This document shows positions 50,286-63,044 of a stretch of 64,000 nucleotides of DNA, one piece after another. The notes beneath the pieces were generated by a model that was given only the letters and a program-made list of their open reading frames with translations, was not told the origin of the DNA and searched no databases. Source of the stretch: Octopus sinensis (taxonomy: Eukaryota); contig NC_043001.1 of the NCBI RefSeq assembly GCF_006345805.1, positions 83,018,001 to 83,082,000 of the forward strand, given 5' to 3'. A program made the translations under genes and the position numbers. Position 1 is the stretch's first letter, and each line of letters starts with the position of its first letter.

Positions 50286-50405
50286 CATACATATACATAT
50301 ATATATATATACATACATATACATATTATATATAATACATACATATATATATATATATACATACATATATAATATTATATATATTATATCTATATATACA
50401 TATAT

Positions 50406-50476
<71 letters not shown>

Positions 50477-50676
50477 AATACATATATATATATACATATA
50501 CATACATATACATACATACACGCACTCATTCACACACCACACACCAGCATGCGCAGACACGCATATATAAGAAAGAACCACCAACATACATATATAGGAA
50601 TACCGACATTCGTGCACATGTACCCGCATTTGTGTTTAGACATATATCTGCGTATATTCACACATTCACACACATG

Positions 50677-50748
<72 letters not shown>

Positions 50749-51179
50749 CATACACAGGGTGGCCAAAAAGTAGGTTTACAGTTATCACGTAGATACTTTA
50801 AGTTTCTTTCAAAACATTTTATTACATTTAAATTTCTATCTTACCAACTGAACAGAGAGCTTGGGAAAATCGAATAGTGGGTTCCTATTTCTTTTATAAT
50901 TAATATCTAAACTGCTAATATATGAATGCGAAAGAGATAATTAGAAAAAAGAGAAATCTCTGCGTAATGGTTTACTCAAGTAGCCATCGTCATTCACTGA
51001 CAGCTATAATGATTGTGGAACGGGCATAAATATCACGGAATCACATTTTTACTATACTATAAACATTAGCCTGAAATCAAATAAAGCAAGTAAAAGTAAA
51101 TTAATGGGGTTTAAAAAGCACACCAAACATTTTCGTACAAATGGAAACATTGTATGTGCCTATGTATGTTTATATACAT

Positions 51180-51690
51180 ATGTGGAGGCGCAATGGCCCA
51201 GTGGTTAAGGCAGCGTACTTGCGGTCGTAGGATCGCGGTTTTGATTCCCAGACCGGGCATTGTGAGTGTTTATTGAGCAAAAACACCTTAAGCTGCACGA
51301 GGCTCAGGCAGGGGTTGGTGGTGAACCCTGCTGTACTCTTTCACCGCAATTTCTCTCATTCTTTCTTCCTGTTTCTGTTGTACCTGTATTTCAAAGGGCC
51401 AGCTTTGTCACACTCTGTGTCACACTGAATCTCCCCGAGAACTACGTTAAGGGTACACGTGTCTGTGGAGTGCTCAGCCACTTGAATGTTAATAAATGAG
51501 CTGCGACGTCACTGGTGCCAAGCTGTATCGGCCTTTGCCTTTCCCTTGGATAACATTGGTGGCGTGGAGAGAGGAGGCTAGTATGCATGGGTGACTGCTG
51601 GTCTTCCGTAAACAACCTTGCCCAGACTTGTGCCTCGGAGTGTAACTTTCTAGGTGCAATCCCATGGTCATTCATGACCGAAGGGAGTCC
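51180..51690 (+). mobile_element. SINE family C copy joined to an additional ~190-bp repeat segment
   Basis: GTGGAGGCGCAATGGCCCAGTGGTTAAGGC head; it matches 20304-20683 up to ...CTCAGCCACTTG, then continues into a different sequence (GAGCTGCGACGTCACTGGTGCC...). Confidence 0.75.
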
Positions 51691-51820
51691 CACAATATAT
51701 ACATATATATATGTACATATACTATACATATATATGTATATACATATATAAATATACTATATATATATATATACATATATATGTATATACATATATAAAT
51801 ATACTATATATATATATATT

Positions 51821-52039
51821 TCTTTATATATAAAATTAAAGTTGTGTGTGTGAGATTCTGTCACCTCCGATTTAGATTCCTAACTACTCCCACATTTTAT
51901 GGTCGTCATTCATATCGAGCCCTTCTGCGCATTAGCACGCGTCTACGATGAGTCTACGATTTAAAAAAAAAATTTACCATCACTTTTCCGCATTTTTATT
52001 TCCCTTACAAACCCGAGCAACGCCGGGCGATAATGCTAG
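51821..52039 (+). mobile_element. Non-autonomous Helitron-like element, short
   Basis: Starts TCTTTATATATAAAA; ends CCCGAGCAACGCCGGG-CGATAATG-CTAG|T. Confidence 0.7.
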
Positions 52040-52062
52040 TATATATATATATATGTATGATA

Positions 52063-52109
<47 letters not shown>

Positions 52110-52256
52110 GGCATTATTAAATCTCAGAATGAGATAGAAACAGCATTGTATTGGCATCCGTTCTGTCTCAGGAGACAAACAGTAATCGCTCGATAATGTA
52201 AAGTATAGAAGCCATCTTAGAAGCCTCCCCTATGTGGGTAGCCATGCTAAGAGGGG

Positions 52257-52339
<83 letters not shown>

Positions 52340-52664
52340 AGGGTTGAACAGACTGAAAACAACAAAGAGAAAAAGTTAGATGACAGCTGAGCAAACGGGA
52401 AACTAGGCGAAAACTTAACAGTTAAGTTTAGGCAAAACATGATACACGGAATATTCACTGCTGATTTCCTCATCGAAGCATGTTATGCTACTAATAAACG
52501 CGTTTAAATATTGGGTTAAAAGACCGTTTGGACAGCAATTCGCATTTGGTGCTATAGTTTTAAAGAAAGAAACTAAAATGTTTATTATTGCAATTAAATA
52601 GAAAATGATAAATTTGCTTTTTTTTACAGTGATCACCATTTGGAACTTTTCGAAAAAATCATCA

Positions 52665-53010
52665 TAGGTGTGGTAAGTAGCTTGCTAATCAACCTCATGG
52701 ATTTTGGGTTCAGTCCCACTGCGTGGCACCTTCTACTGTAGACTCGGGGCGACCAAAGCCTTGTGAGTGGATTTGGAAGACGGAAACTGAAAGCAGCCAG
52801 TTGTATATGTGTATAAGTTTGTGTGTCTGTGTTTGTCCCCCACTATCGCTTGACAATCGATGTTGGTGTGTTTACGTTCCCCATAACTTAGCGGTTTGGC
52901 AAAAGAGACCGATAGAATAAATACTAGGCTTACAAAGAATGGGGTTGACTTGATCGACTAAAAGGCGGTGCTACAACGTCGCCACAGTTAAATAACTGAA
53001 ACATATACAA
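52665..53010 (+). mobile_element. SINE family B
   Basis: GTGTGGTAAGTAGCTTGC...GGCAAAAGAGACCGATAGAATAAATACTAGGCTTAC. Confidence 0.85.
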
Positions 53011-53075
53011 GAATTTTTTAAAATGGAAATTTTTTAAAAATCGCAAGATAATTCACAAATTCAGAAAATATAAAT

Positions 53076-53581
53076 ACTATATATATAAAACTGTAGTTGT
53101 GTGAGTGTCTGTCCCCTTCGATTTAGATTCCTAACTACTCCCACATTTTGCGGTGCAGTTTAACCAAATTCGGGTATCTTATAGTTGTGATTCATATCGA
53201 GCCCGTCTGAGTATTAGCGCGCGTCTACGATGAGTCTACGATTTTAAAAATAATTTAACATCATTTTTTATTCCATTTTAATGCATAATTTTTCTTGTGT
53301 CGATGGTGCGGAGTTGGCGTCCATGGTCACACCTGCACCTGTTTGCTCTCCCCCTTCTTCCTCCCTCGTGAAGCTGTGGGGAAGGGAGTGTAAGGAATCA
53401 ACGTCGTAAAGCGTTGTCAAGGAGACCAGCGTTCTTTTAGAACAACGACTTCATGGCTTGAAGACACCAAACAGAAATGGCTAAGAAAGCCGATTGGCAT
53501 CTATAAGGGAAGTAACTCTCTAAAAATGCTTATATAGTTATTTCCCTTACAAACCCGAGCAACGCCGGGCGATACTGCTAG
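53076..53581 (+). mobile_element. Non-autonomous Helitron-like element, long
   Basis: Same 5' body as 51821-52039 (TTTAGATTCCTAACTACTCCCACATTTT...GTCTACGATGAGTCTACGAT) plus about 250 bp extra; ends CCCGAGCAACGCCGGG-CGATACTG-CTAG|T. Confidence 0.7.
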
Positions 53582-53739
53582 TACTATATATAATATCATT
53601 TTATCTCCTAAGAGACCTTCCAAAGCAAAAAAATTTAAATAAAAAAATTGGCAGTTAATGGGTTTGTCGTTGTAGTAGTTGTTGTTGTTTTACCATATGC
53701 CAATATAGTAATGAATATGCGGCCTATCAGTATTGTTGT

Positions 53740-53819
53740 TGTTAGTGTGTTGATGGTGATATTTGTGTTGATGCTACCACCGATCTTGATGACGACGACG
53801 ATGATGATGATATGATGAT

Positions 53820-53850
<31 letters not shown>

Positions 53851-54860
53851 AAGAAGAGAAGGAGGAGAATGACAACGATGATGTTAAGGACGATAATGAT
53901 GATAACGACAACGACGACGACGATGATGATGATGAGGAGGAGGAGGAGGAAGAAGAAGAAGAAGGAGGAGAATGACAACGATGATGTTAAGGACGATAAT
54001 GATGATAACGACAACGACGACGGCGACGATGAGATGATGATGATGATGATGATGACGATGATGATGACGATGATGATGATGATGATGATGATGATAGTAA
54101 CGATGATGTAAATATCGATGACGGCCAAAGTTCAAAACACTGTAGTAATCAATGACCAAACCAACGAAGTCACGTGTCAGTGTTCCTGTCCAATGGACGT
54201 CATCCATCCCTGACAAAGTTGTCGACATTAAACTAAGTTTCCTTAAACTATATTTATTGTCGTGGACATGGCTGCTGTTATCATCGCTGATGTTGATGTT
54301 GTAGTTATTGATCTTGTTTGGCTGCTGTAGTGAAGACGGCAGGCTGTTGCCGATGTCATTATTGAAGCTTGTTGTTCGTTTTGTTGTTGTTGTTGTTGTT
54401 GTTGTTGTTTGTTTGCTGCTATTGTGAGAGTTGTGATGTTTAAAATGATAGTACTAGTATTTGATCATTGCGATGGCAAAGGTGGTAGTGGTGGTGGTGA
54501 TGGCGGTATTGTTCTTGGTGGTGGTGATGATGATGATGATGATGACAACGATGATGACGATGATGATGATGATGATGATGATGAAATGCTCATGATCGTA
54601 ATCATAATGTTGGTTGGGGTGGGAATTGTGATGCTGAAGATGATGATGATGATGGTAGTGGTGTTGGTGGTGATGGCGGTGGTGGTATTGGTGTTGGTGG
54701 TGGTGGTGGTGGTGACGGTGGTGGCGGTAGCGGCGGCAGCGATTGCGACCATGTCGATAATAATGATGAGGATGATTATGACGTTCTTGTGACTCTTACT
54801 GCTTGCATTATCGTTGTTGATATTGTTGTTGTTGTTGTTGCATTTGATAGAACTGTGATT
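53740..54860. repeat. GAT/GAC/GAG/GGT trinucleotide low-complexity tracts
   Basis: Direct reading; includes an internal ~105-bp duplication at 53850-54030. Confidence 0.85.
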
Positions 54861-55655
54861 CTTCATGCTGTTGCTTTTATTGCTTAAAACTAACCTAACC
54901 CTAATCGAGTAGACTTACAATCAAAGTAGGCTTTCCAGCCATGTCCATCTCATCTACTAAGAATTATCTACCACAGCATTACCTTCGCTATAGTTGTTTT
55001 TTTTTTCTTAATAAAGACACAAGAGAATCTGATTCGAGGGGAAATTGACTGCGACATCTAGCAAGACGAACGATCGCTGTGCAAATCGTTCGTTAGCTCC
55101 TCGTGTTGTTCTATTTATTGTTGTTGATAATCCTGTTGTTATTGCAGTTGTTATTGTTGGACATATTTATGTAATATTCATATTTTTAGAGTTAACAGTC
55201 TGAGGTCATATTTCGCCGAGGTCAAATTTACCTTTCATCCTTCCGAGGTCAATAAAATAAGTAGCATTTGAGTACTAGGCTCAATGTAAATCGACTCAGC
55301 CAATACTCCGAAGTTGCTGGTCTTGTGCCAACATTTCATATCATTATTAGAGGTAATATTCTATTCCCATTTAAATATGGACGATCTGTTAGAACAATCC
55401 ATCCTACGGTAGATACCATGAGAGAAACTCAATGATGGACGCTCGGCCGCTAGAGATAGCAGCGAGTCATCTCCCCGCTTGCGATATGCAGAAAAACGGT
55501 GCCAGAACAGTCACCGGGGTCTCGATTAGCTACTGAGCTTGTTTAGAATATATTTTAGCAACAGAGGCAGTATCAAAACCGAAAGGTATATTTATCCTCC
55601 ACTTAAACGTGGACATTCTATTGGAACGAATCCCCACCATCTCCAGCGCCGATAT

Positions 55656-55700
55656 CACCAGATCACGTTATTTCGATCTCTCTTGGTCTCGTCAGTGGTG
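55656..55700 (-). ncRNA. Type I hammerhead ribozyme motif, catalytic core intact
   Basis: Minus strand reads CACCA-CTGACGA-GACC-AAGAGA-GATC-GAAA-TAACGTGA-TC-TGGTG: helix I 5 bp, helix II 3 of 4 bp, near-palindromic helix III, AUC site. Confidence 0.8.
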
Positions 55701-56227
55701 GACGCTCGGTCGCTAGAGATAGCAGCGACTCATCTCGCCGCCAGCAACATATAGAAAAAATAGTGCCAGAACAGGCGCTGGTGTTATGATTTGCCGATGA
55801 GCTTGTTAAAATATATATATTTTAGCCACAGAGGTAGTATTAATATCGAGAGGCAATATTTATCCCCACGTAAACGTGGATGTTCTGTAAGAGCAAACTA
55901 TACTACTGTAAATAGCCGAGAGAAACTCTCATATTGGCCTTCCGATGTCAATAAAATAAGTAGCATTTGAGTACTAGGGTCAATGTATATCGACTCAGCC
56001 AATACTCCGAAGTTGCTGGCCTTGTGCCAAAATTTGAAACCATTATTAGAGGTAATATTTTATTCCCATTTAAATACGGACGATATATATGAATAAACTA
56101 TCCCACAGTAGATACCACGAGAGAAACTCAATGATGGACTCTCGGTCGCTAGAGATAGCGGCGACTTATCTCCTCGCTTGCGATATGCAGAAAAACGGTG
56201 CCAGAAAAGTTACCTCCAGCACCGAGA

Positions 56228-56274
56228 CCACCAGACCACGTAATTTTGACCTTCCTTGGTTTCGTCAATAATGG
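56228..56274 (-). ncRNA. Type I hammerhead motif with a mutated core (probably inactive)
   Basis: Minus strand reads CCATTA-TTGACGA-AACC-AAGGAA-GGTC-AAAA-TTACGTGG-TC-TGGTGG; C3>U and G12>A substitutions. Confidence 0.7.
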
Positions 56275-56839
56275 ACTCTTGACTGCAAGAAATAGCAGTG
56301 AATCATATCTCCGCCAGCGATATGTATAAAAAGACAAACCTGCCAGAATAGTCGCTCGTGTCACGATTAGTGAGTGAGCTTGCTAAATAAAATATATTGG
56401 TTACAGAAGCGGTATTAATATTGAGTGGTAACATTTATCCCCTCTTAAATGTGGATATTCTGTTAGAGTATCTTATTATTAGCAATATGGCGGAAAAATT
56501 ATTGTTTTTGTCGCATTTTTTAAACATATTTTCGTTCTTGTTGACAATGATGTCCATTTTGACGCTGTTCTAATTTTATATCTAATATATTCGTTGTTCT
56601 TGTAGGTGTTGTTATTGTTGTTGTTGCTGGTCTCGTTATTGCTATTGTTGTTGTCTATATTTTCGGCTTTGTAAATGGTGGGTTTGGTATTGTTGGTGCT
56701 ATTGAAGAATACAAAGGTACATTTTTTTTCATTCCAATTGGTCATTAAATATAAACGTAGCTAGCGTGACACAGAAGATACGGAATAATATTCAGCACAC
56801 GCCCCCATATATATGCATATATATATATATATCATATAT

Positions 56840-56881
<42 letters not shown>

Positions 56882-57068
56882 TTTATATATGTTAAGCATA
56901 TATTTTTATTTTATATTATATAATATATATATATTACTATGCATTCATATATCACTAAGTATTTATGTTTAAAATATAAATGATTATTTCATAAAAAATA
57001 CGGGAATCCACGTATGCAACCAAAGCATACAAGCGTGTGTGCGTCTGTGTGTAGGCGCACAGACATAT

Positions 57069-57115
<47 letters not shown>

Positions 57116-57650
57116 TTATGTATGTATATATATATATGTATATATATATATATACACACTCACACACACAGACATATATATATATATATTAAATGGATGT
57201 GTCTCAATATTTAATGTTTATTATGAGATATTTGCATATAATAAATATACATGAAAAATGTGCGTATACAATATGCATACATACACACACACACACATAC
57301 ATATCGTTACGGAGAAACACATACATATACGCACGCTCATAAGTATGTATATATTTTTCCTTGCATATTGCATAGCCGCAAATATGAAATACGCATTTAT
57401 TTGCTTTATATGTTTGTGCGAGCATGCTCCTCTCTTTCTCTTTCTCTCTCTTCATAAACACACGCACTCACATACACACACACATATGGTATATATGTGA
57501 GTTCGTCTATATACATAGATATATATAGCTGTGGAATGAGTTCGTGTATGTATCTCTAACATAGGCTGAGTACTGTAATGTAAATATCTGAATACATATA
57601 TAAGTATGTGTGTGTGTGCGTGTTTGTGTGTGTGTTTGTTTGTTTGTTTG

Positions 57651-57681
<31 letters not shown>

Positions 57682-58260
57682 TGTGTGTGTGTGTGTGTGT
57701 AAGTATGCCTCCAGTTATATATCAAACCCATCGCTGTATTGATGAAACAGTAATAACGGACAAGATGGCAGCTGTAAGTTGTGGAAATGGCAATAAAATG
57801 GCGGCAAAACTGTAGATCGTTGCAAATTAACTGAAACAATTAAACGAACGCTACAATGGTTACAGGAGGGAAGACATTTCAGTTTTCTATGGGCAACATT
57901 CGCTCAGATCAAGGGTCACGGAATACTGAATGCAGGGTGTGGCCGGCATTCACTTATTATCAACATATTCACAAACGCACAGACACGCACACGTACAAAC
58001 ATATACAGGCGTAGACAAGTAATATACACACAGCCCCACAGACACGCTCGCACACGCACACAGCCCCACAGACACGCATACACACACACACAAACATACG
58101 TTCACATGCTCATAAAATTTTTCGTTCAAATTCATGTGTATACGCACTTTCTATATTCCGCTTTCGCCTATATACATTCATATGTGCATACATATTACCA
58201 TACGTACGTAGGTATATACAGACATGAATGCTTACATACATAAATTTACATATATATATA

Positions 58261-58312
<52 letters not shown>

Positions 58313-58340
58313 TGTGTGTCTTCGTATGTATGTATGTATG

Positions 58341-58381
<41 letters not shown>

Positions 58382-58574
58382 GAGAGAGAGAGAGAGAGAG
58401 AGAGAGATACGACTATATATGTCTGTACTGTCTGTATGCATATATACATATATATTATTTATATGAATATTATGTATATATATGTATATATATGTATATA
58501 TATATATACACACCACACACACACATATATATATATACATTTAATATATATTATATATATAATCTATATATGTA

Positions 58575-58630
<56 letters not shown>

Positions 58631-58892
58631 TGCATATCTATATCTATAGTTATCTAACTATACGCATGCACATACACACAGACACACACGCGCACACACA
58701 CAAACACCCATCCCTTGCACACGCGCACTCCTCTCTCAGTTTCACACAATTTAACATTTCATTGAAGTAGTTATATATATATATATATTATTATATATAA
58801 TATATATATATATACGTGTGAGTACGTGTGCGCATATTTATATATATGTGTGTGTGTGTGTGTGTGCATGCATGTATTTTTGCGTGTGTGTC

Positions 58893-58925
<33 letters not shown>

Positions 58926-59317
58926 GTGTGTGTTTGTGTACAGACCCACAGCATTCGCAGTATAACCAGATTTACGTATGCAAACACACGTAGTTTCCTA
59001 CATTTACATAGCGGACTCAATAACCTTAAATTCCTACGCACAGAAGCACATATATATTCACACACTGACACGACAAAGCAAGTTCACACACAATGCACAT
59101 ATTTACATTAATATACAACGAATAAGGACGCGCTAGAGCGCTCACAGTATCTAACAGGCGAATGTATAAATAGGCTAATACATATGTGTGTGTGTGTATG
59201 TGTAAGCGTGTGATTGTGTATTTTGTGTATGTATGTATACATGCATATATGTATGTATGAAGATAGATAGGTATCTATCTATGGCATCTATCTCTCTCTC
59301 TATCTATCTCTCTATCA

Positions 59318-59392
<75 letters not shown>

Positions 59393-59533
59393 AAACTGTT
59401 TGTCTATCTCTATCTAAATGAGTGTGTTATCTGGTTTGTAGAAGATTCTACACTTAGGTCTAAATACTGTTTACTTTATAGTAATGTATCTATCAATTAT
59501 ATTAAAAGGAAATACACACACACACACACAGAT

Positions 59534-59572
<39 letters not shown>

Positions 59573-59852
59573 TATAATATATATATATAATATATACATA
59601 TACATATATATATATATATATATACATATACATTATATATATATACATTACATATATATATATACATATCATAATATATATAATCGGCAGCAAAAGTATT
59701 CAGAATTGAATATTTATATAGATATTAATATTGTTATTATTATTATCGATGCAAATATTGTCAATGCAAATAGTCCATAATAACAACAATATTAATATAG
59801 CTGGTTGCAGGCCTAAATCAGCGTTATATAGCTATAAAATTAAAATTATATT

Positions 59853-60042
59853 AATCAGAGGACACAATGAAGTGTCTGCCTGCTAGAAATAAGAGTTAAA
59901 ACCCTCATTTGGACCACTAAAAATTACACTGAAAATAACACTGAAAGAAACATCTGTTATTTTCAGTGTAATCTTTGGTGGTCCAAATGAGGGTCTTAAC
60001 TCCTATTTCTAGCGGGCAGGTACTTCAGTGTGTCCTTTGATT
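59853..60042. repeat. Foldback element with 88-bp arms and a 14-nt loop
   Basis: AATCAGAGGACAC...CCCTCATTTGGACCAC...TTACACTGAAAATAACA versus TGTTATTTTCAGTGTAA...GTGGTCCAAATGAGGG...GTGTCCTTTGATT. Confidence 0.9.
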
Positions 60043-60054
60043 TGTATATATACT

Positions 60055-60364
60055 CTTTTACTCTTTTATTTGTGTCAGTCATTTGACTGTGGCTATGCTG
60101 GAGCACCGCCTTTAGTCGAGCAAATCGCCTCCAGGACTCATTATTCGTAAGCCTAGTACTTATTCTACGGCTGTCTTTTGCCGAATCGCTAAGTTACGGG
60201 GACGTAAACACACCAGCATCGGTTGTCGAGTGATGTTGGGGGACAAACACAGACACAGAAGCATACACAGACACACATACATATATATACATATATATAT
60301 ACATATAGATATACATATATATATATATTATATATATATGTATGTGTGTGTGTGTGTGTGTATA

Positions 60365-60406
<42 letters not shown>

Positions 60407-60582
60407 TATATATATATACATGACGGGCTTCTTTTAGTTCCGTCTACCAAATCCACTCACAAGACTTTGGTTGGCCCGAGGCTATAGTAGACGACACTTG
60501 CCCAAGGTGCTACGCAGTGGGACTGAACCCGGAACCATGTGGCTCGTAAGCAAGCCACTTACCACACAGCCACTCCTATGCC
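60055..60582 (-). mobile_element. SINE family B, full length
   Basis: Both halves with an expanded TA tract. Confidence 0.9.
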
Positions 60583-60883
60583 TACGTATAAATAATATTG
60601 TTCCGTGACAGATAGATCAACAAAAGAAGTACTCCATCTGGTGAGAGATAAATATTACTTATCTAAAGGACACAATACATGTCTTCACGTGCTACTAATT
60701 TAGCTTCATATATTCAGAAATATCTCAAACATATTCATCGGGCACAAACCACTTAGCTTAACGAACTAAAAAGATTGAATAAGAGAAGGAATGCGATGAA
60801 AGCAGTTCAGACATTTTAAACACGCCTGTTACCTCCGTAAAGTCCTCTGGCTGCGACGTCTGAGAAAAATTCTATCCGAACTG

Positions 60884-60983
60884 NNNNNNNNNNNNNNNNN
60901 NNNNNNNNNNNNNNNNNNNNNNNNNNNNNNNNNNNNNNNNNNNNNNNNNNNNNNNNNNNNNNNNNNNNNNNNNNNNNNNNNNN
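60884..60983. other. Assembly gap (100 N)
   Basis: Run of exactly 100 N. Confidence 1.
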
Positions 60984-61619
60984 ATGTTGCATTCATGTTT
61001 GCGAGACCGTGGTTTCGATTCCCAGACCGACCGTGCATTGTGTTCTTGAGCAAAATACTTCATTTTACGTAGCCTCGGTCCATTCTGCTGTGAATGGGTA
61101 ACCTTGTTGTACAAGGGTGAGATGGAACGGAGTCTCGCGAGCCACGTTTTGTATTCAGCGATCGAAAGGATGAATAGTACAATCCGTGCTGTGAATACGG
61201 ACTGGCTGGTATTGGTTGTTGATGATGTCGAATGATGTCGAATGACATGTCGAATGACATGTCGAATGATGATGATGACGACGATGATGATGGTGTAACG
61301 ATGACGATGACGACGACGATGATAACGGCGACAACCATGATATACATCCACTGAAAAGACCACACGTTGATATAGTAAAAAAAAACAGTTTGACGACATA
61401 AACAAATAACGAACGCTTTGGAAAAAGAAGTGAAATATAGAAAAGCAATAACCGGTGAGTACATTTATTGGCTTTATAAATTTTAACTATTCCCAAATAT
61501 GGCAATATGTGATATATCGTTTGTAGTAATTCACCATCGTTACATCAATGTAATATAATGGGCCTTGGACTGAATAATAGTGGGGTTTTGGAATGAAGAC
61601 AAAGGATTTTATGAAATCT

Positions 61620-62228
61620 TAAATGGAAAAGTGTGTGAATTGTGTTGAGATATTTTTTTATGTGTTGCGTGTAGTATATGTGTGTGCATGTGTGTTTATG
61701 CATGTATGTGTGCTTATGTTTATGTTTCTGTGTGTTTGCATGTATGTGTGTGCTTGTGTGTATGTGAGTGTGTTTGTGTATGTGTGTGCGCTTGTGTGTG
61801 TGTGTGCGTGTGTTTGTGTTTGTGTTTCTGTGTGTTTATGTGTGTGTGCTAGTGTGTCTATGTGAGTGTGTTTGTGTATGTGTGTGCGCTTGTGTAAACA
61901 CACTTTACTGTGAGAAGTGTGTACTGTGTGTGAGATCCTTGCCTATTGCATGTGTGTCGTGTGTGCATGTGTGAGTGTGTGTGTGTTGTGTGTGCGTGTG
62001 CTTGTGTTTGTGTGTGTGCTTGTGTGTGCATGTGTGCGTGTTGCATGTGCTGTGTGTGTATGTTGTGTTGTTGTTGTGTGTATGTGTGTTGTGTGTTGTG
62101 TGTGCAAGTATTCTGTTGTGTGTGAGAAATGTGTGAGGATTTTGTGTTGTGCGTGAGCTGCTCGCATATTGCATGTGCAAGTTGTGTGTTTGTGTGTGTA
62201 TGTGTGTCTCTGTGTGTGTACGTACATG

Positions 62229-62266
<38 letters not shown>

Positions 62267-62280
62267 TGTGTGTGTGCGCG
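61620..62280. repeat. Degenerate (TG)n tract
   Basis: Direct reading. Confidence 0.9.
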
Positions 62281-62671
62281 CGCGCGAGGTAAAGGGCGAA
62301 AGTGACCTTGAAAGGAGTGACATGACGTGTCTGAGACAAACAGACATTCACTCACCTTTCACCTCTTAACTTTCACCTCACCTTCCAAGTCACACATATT
62401 AAACTGGCGTAAGTTATTAAGGAATAACATGGGCAGGTGGTTGAATAAATGGACAACACACACACACACACACACACACAACACACGCATACACAGACAC
62501 AAGCAAAAATACACAAATAAACACATACACACACAGAGTCACAAACTCACACACACACAGTCACATACTCACACACACATAATCTCTCACACATGCAGTA
62601 TACTCAATATATACATGCAACATAATATAACTTTTCTACAATAGACGCAAAGAATATGTACACACACACAC

Positions 62672-62758
<87 letters not shown>

Positions 62759-62791
62759 CATCCATCCATCTATCTATGCATTGATATATAT

Positions 62792-62829
<38 letters not shown>

Positions 62830-63044
62830 TATTGTTTGCATATTGCGTATTGCGTGTGTACGTATTGTATAAAAGATATATATGTTGCATGTATATATTG
62901 GATATACACTGTGTGTGTATGAGATTATGTGAGTGTGAATGTCTGTGTGTGTGTGTGTGTGTGTGTGGATATATATTAATATGTTAAATGCATATACATG
63001 TATGTGTATGTATTTCCCTGTCTCTCTCTGTATATTAAGTATAT

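Larger units (their letters stand above)
55349..56480 (-). mobile_element. Tandem array of ~250-260-bp monomers carrying type I hammerhead motifs (retrozyme-like)
   Basis: Core TGGAC(G/T)CTCGG.CGCTAGAGATAGC recurs at ~55436, 55698, 56136 and 56272. The TTATCCCC...TAAA.GTGGA motif occurs five times. A 699-bp higher-order period includes a SINE A fragment. Confidence 0.75.

Noticed and set aside
50755-50790. CAGGGTGGCCAAAAAGTAGG, resembling a Tc1/pogo-type TIR
   Set aside because: I could not find a matching second terminus.
53742-54866. Poly-Asp/Met/His/Val ORFs
   Set aside because: Trinucleotide low complexity with no unique coding content.
55349-56480. Repeat-spacer-like periodicity resembling a CRISPR array
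   Set aside because: The context is eukaryotic, the units are long and diverged with homologous spacers, and no cas genes are present; a retrozyme-like array explains it better.
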